A stretch of DNA of 64,000 bases from Harriotta raleighana (lineage: Eukaryota): NCBI GenBank assembly GCA_050575255.1, contig JBNZDD010013632.1, positions 2,240,480 to 2,304,479 of the forward strand. Reading direction: 5' to 3'. The position numbers were made by a program, and so were the translations under genes. Under the pieces are notes generated by a model. It had not been told where the DNA came from, did not search any database, and saw only the letters and a list, made by a program, of their open reading frames with translations. This document shows positions 60,641 through 64,000 of the stretch, one piece after another. Within the stretch, counting starts at the first letter, position 1. Each line of letters starts with the position of its first letter.

Positions 60641-61108
60641 CAATAATTTCTTGTTCATATTTGTATTCTAATGGGAATCCCATTGGAGTATAAAACTGGA
60701 ATGTTACAGACAATGAAAGAAAGTTTTCATACAGTAAATAGGGTCAGATTGTTATGGTGTGCCAACTGGTGTACTGTCAGCAGGATGAACAATAATTTGA
60801 AGGGCGAGCTCAAGTTATAGTGAAATGGAGGAAGGCAGGTCTCTGAGCATGCGGCTATGAGAACAACTTAGTGCCAGTGAGTACTTCAATGATTGAGGAT
60901 AGCTACTGGCTCTTTTCAATTGTTCCAAATTGATGGCAGTACTCTGGGCTTCAAGAGTTTTTCTTGAAAGTCTTTTATACAAAGGGATCTTTGCACAGCT
61001 TGCAAAGGAGATCATGTAGGACAAGTTGCACTAATGCAGTAGTGGATGCTCCAGGGCTCACTTGGGACATATTCAAGGTGTACACGCTCTCATTGCGTCT
61101 ATGAATTA

Positions 61109-61200
61109 AAATCCTTGCATTTGATATAGTGCCTTTCATTTTGGGAGGATGTTTAAATGAACTTCTCAGGATTTATTCCAAAGTGTAGTGACTGTATTTT
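61109..61200 (-). mobile_element. SINE 3' fragment
   Basis: aatccttgcatttgatatagtgcctttca...aaagtgtagtgactgtattt. Confidence 0.55.
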
Positions 61201-64000
61201 GTTTGCAATCTAGCCCATTCTAAATTCCCCGATGGGACTGGTGAGAATCAAAGGTAGAAAGCTATAAATATTTAATAATTCTAAGCTATAATATAAAAAT
61301 TGGATTATTTTAATGTCTCCTTTATTTTCAATAACCTCATTTGAAACAAAAAGCAGCAGACAAACTGAGGCCTGAATCACAAGCACAATTTTCGCAGATT
61401 TTTATATATGCAGTAACTTTAAGATCAATGAATGTATGATTTTAAAAAAAAAATACTTTTTTTAACAAAGCAAACGCTGTTCAAAGTGAGCAGTGTCGCA
61501 TATGTCAGCCCGTGTCAAACCACTGCCCTCACCCATTTTCTAAATGGATAACATCTATGAGACTGATGCGTTGGTAGATCTACAACACACAGAGCGATGC
61601 ACAATAACTCACTCCAGCAAATTGTATGGCCTGTCATAATAAAACAAGTCCTGCTCAGACTCTGTTTTGCATACAATAGCCACATTTTCTTTTACATTGT
61701 TTTCTTGCCTTTCATTTAACATTCACAGAGTCGGGCTGCATTTGAACTAAGTTGAAAATGCGGGTTAACTACTGAGAAAGACCTCATAGCTCATGAGTGA
61801 CAAAAGAGTGTTTCACACTCATGAAAGAACCCCTGTATGTAATTCATCTCTCCTAGTGTTATGCCCTTTATATCCCACTACAGTGGCTAACTATGTTGCT
61901 ATGGGGATGCTAAAGGAACAGTTTGAATGTCAAAGTGCTTAATGTAGTCCAGGGATTTCAGTGTCCAGAGCTACTCGTGCTCGCTAAAGATGACACTTTT
62001 CGTGTAACAGTCAAAATGTTTAAATGGATGTGTTCAACCATTCGTTTAAACTCAAGTAAGTCAAAGTACTCCAGGATCCCGATTGAAAAGCTGGACAAAT
62101 ACTGAAATACAAGTTAAGGGCAAAAAAAAGAAAAGCCCTTCAGCCTTCTCTGATTTGAAAGAACAAGCTGCTAACCAGATGAAGGCCTAGTTTAGCACTA
62201 AAATTAAAATAGTGTAGAGGAAACAAGAGAACCATCACTGTCTTCTATTTCAGCAACCTCTCGAAATGGCACTAAACCTGAATTTGGGGTTTGACAAGAA
62301 CCTCTAGCAGATTCTATTGCAACACAATACATCACCTCACTTGATGGTGAAATCCCCTGAAGCACTTTGAGGCATCTCAACAACGTCATAAGGTGACAAA
62401 TCAAAATGTGAGGATTAGTATCATGCCCCAGATCAAAACCTCTTAGTTTGACAATATGTTTCCCTATGTTTCCAGTTAATTAATGTGTGTGTTTCCAAGG
62501 CTTATATTTGTTCATTGCTCTTTATTTCCGACAACTTATTATTTCTCCGGGTTCCCTTTTTCCCCCCATTAAATTTCTCTGTCGACACCTATGTAAGAGT
62601 GAGCATGTGAGATAAAACATTCATTTAAAAAAAACACTGAAGCAATACAAAAGTAGACTTTTCTTTAGACTCTTCCAGCGGATTTTGCTTTTAGGAAGGG
62701 AACGTGCAATGCCTATCAAAATCTAGTAAAGTTCCATACAATTATCCTGTTTGAACCCTGCCTGTCCAGAAGTTAGTAAACCTTTTTGTGATAAGAACTG
62801 TGTGAATCCCAAGCAAGTAGGAATATCAGCTATTTGGGGCATCGCAGATTTTTGAATTTCAGATTGATATTTTCTGTTCATTACCAAATTTTAACTTGGC
62901 ACCTAATGAAGATTTCCAGTTTTGTATTGACATGAAATAACCACCCCTGGCAAGTTTGATTTACCGTGAAATTTAGTTTTGTTTAAAGACAGATGTTTAT
63001 ATTATATGCAGCAGGATTATTTCACATGGAACAATCGTAGCTTGTCTTTTACCCCCTCTCTTCCCCTAAACTGCCTTCTTTTTGCCCAGTTGATGCACCT
63101 CTTTATTACAGTCAATGATTCTTTACATCTGTGGAGTCTCCTTCTTTATGAATCAGATTCAGTTCAACAAATATTTTTACAGGATAGAAAATAAACAAGA
63201 ATAAAAATTTGAACAAAACCCTCTCAAATGACCAGATTTAGCGCTTCATTGAGAACCTTTACATAAATACACGGGTCAGTGAAGAGGTCAGAGTCAAAAG
63301 ATTTCCATTATAGTAACACTTTGAGTCATTTACTTAAGATGTATCACTGGATGCTTTACTTTTGCAGATTTGTTAAAGGCAAACTCAGTAAATTCTGCAA
63401 ACCTCTTCTGGTTGCAACTTGGTATCCAGATAAACACATATATTAGCGAAAACTATGGAAGCATTTTTCAATTTTTTAAAAATGTATTCACCTCTGGCTT
63501 TGATTTGGATGTATGGGAACAAGTAAAAGAGAAATATTAAATGGAATAATGCATTGGGAGGGATACAGAGGAAAATAAGCTCAGTTATATCTCTGATTTA
63601 ATTTAACCAGATTGATCCCCAAAATGGCAATGAATCAAAAGACTATATGGCTGAGAAACTAATTGTTTAGTGTTTTTATTTAAGTTTCATACCCTGGTAA
63701 TAGATTGAAGGGAAGCTTCAGGGATATGTAATTTTATTTTCCTGGCATTTCCTTTAAGTGTTTGGGAACTCTTTGTACGGACAGAGAAGGAGCCAGGAAC
63801 ACGGGAAACAATTGAACGGGAAGCTTAGGCAAGAAAGAAGGGACGCACAGTGAATGTTCGTGTGATTACTGCATGTCACTTGCAATGAGACATAAATCTA
63901 GATTCAGCATGTGTGCACAAATAATTTTTCCTATGGGAAAATACAAACAAATAAATGTATAAAAAATCTCTCAATCGTTTTTTGCCATCTGTGAATTATA

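Noticed and set aside
1-64000. CRISPR arrays, operons or other prokaryotic systems
   Set aside because: No regularly spaced repeat-spacer arrays and no gene-dense regions. The sequence is intron-rich vertebrate DNA.

Overview
AT-rich (roughly 35% GC by eye) vertebrate genomic DNA. The repeat content (tRNA-headed DeuSINE-like SINE, L2 and CR1 LINE fragments) points to a cartilaginous fish, possibly a chimaera; this is an inference. Apart from a decayed L2 reverse transcriptase and other LINE remnants, the six-frame ORF track is noise. The real gene is invisible to it: four short + strand coding exons (1479-1546, 14040-14173, 29682-29765, 36143-36269) splice in phase to give the C-terminal ~137 aa of a TMEM33/Pom33-family ER membrane protein. 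Its 5' exons lie upstream of the window. It is only ~55% identical to human TMEM33 as I recall that sequence, which suggests a divergent paralog rather than the ortholog. The rest is intron and intergenic DNA with many SINE/LINE remnants, a TA-flanked pogo/Tigger-type MITE, a composite retroelement with a target-site duplication (12139-12878), a perfect 34-bp-arm palindrome (47465-47535), two short dispersed duplications, and an unidentified in-phase two-exon candidate on the minus strand at the right edge. There are no prokaryotic systems, CRISPR arrays, rRNA or genuine tRNA genes.
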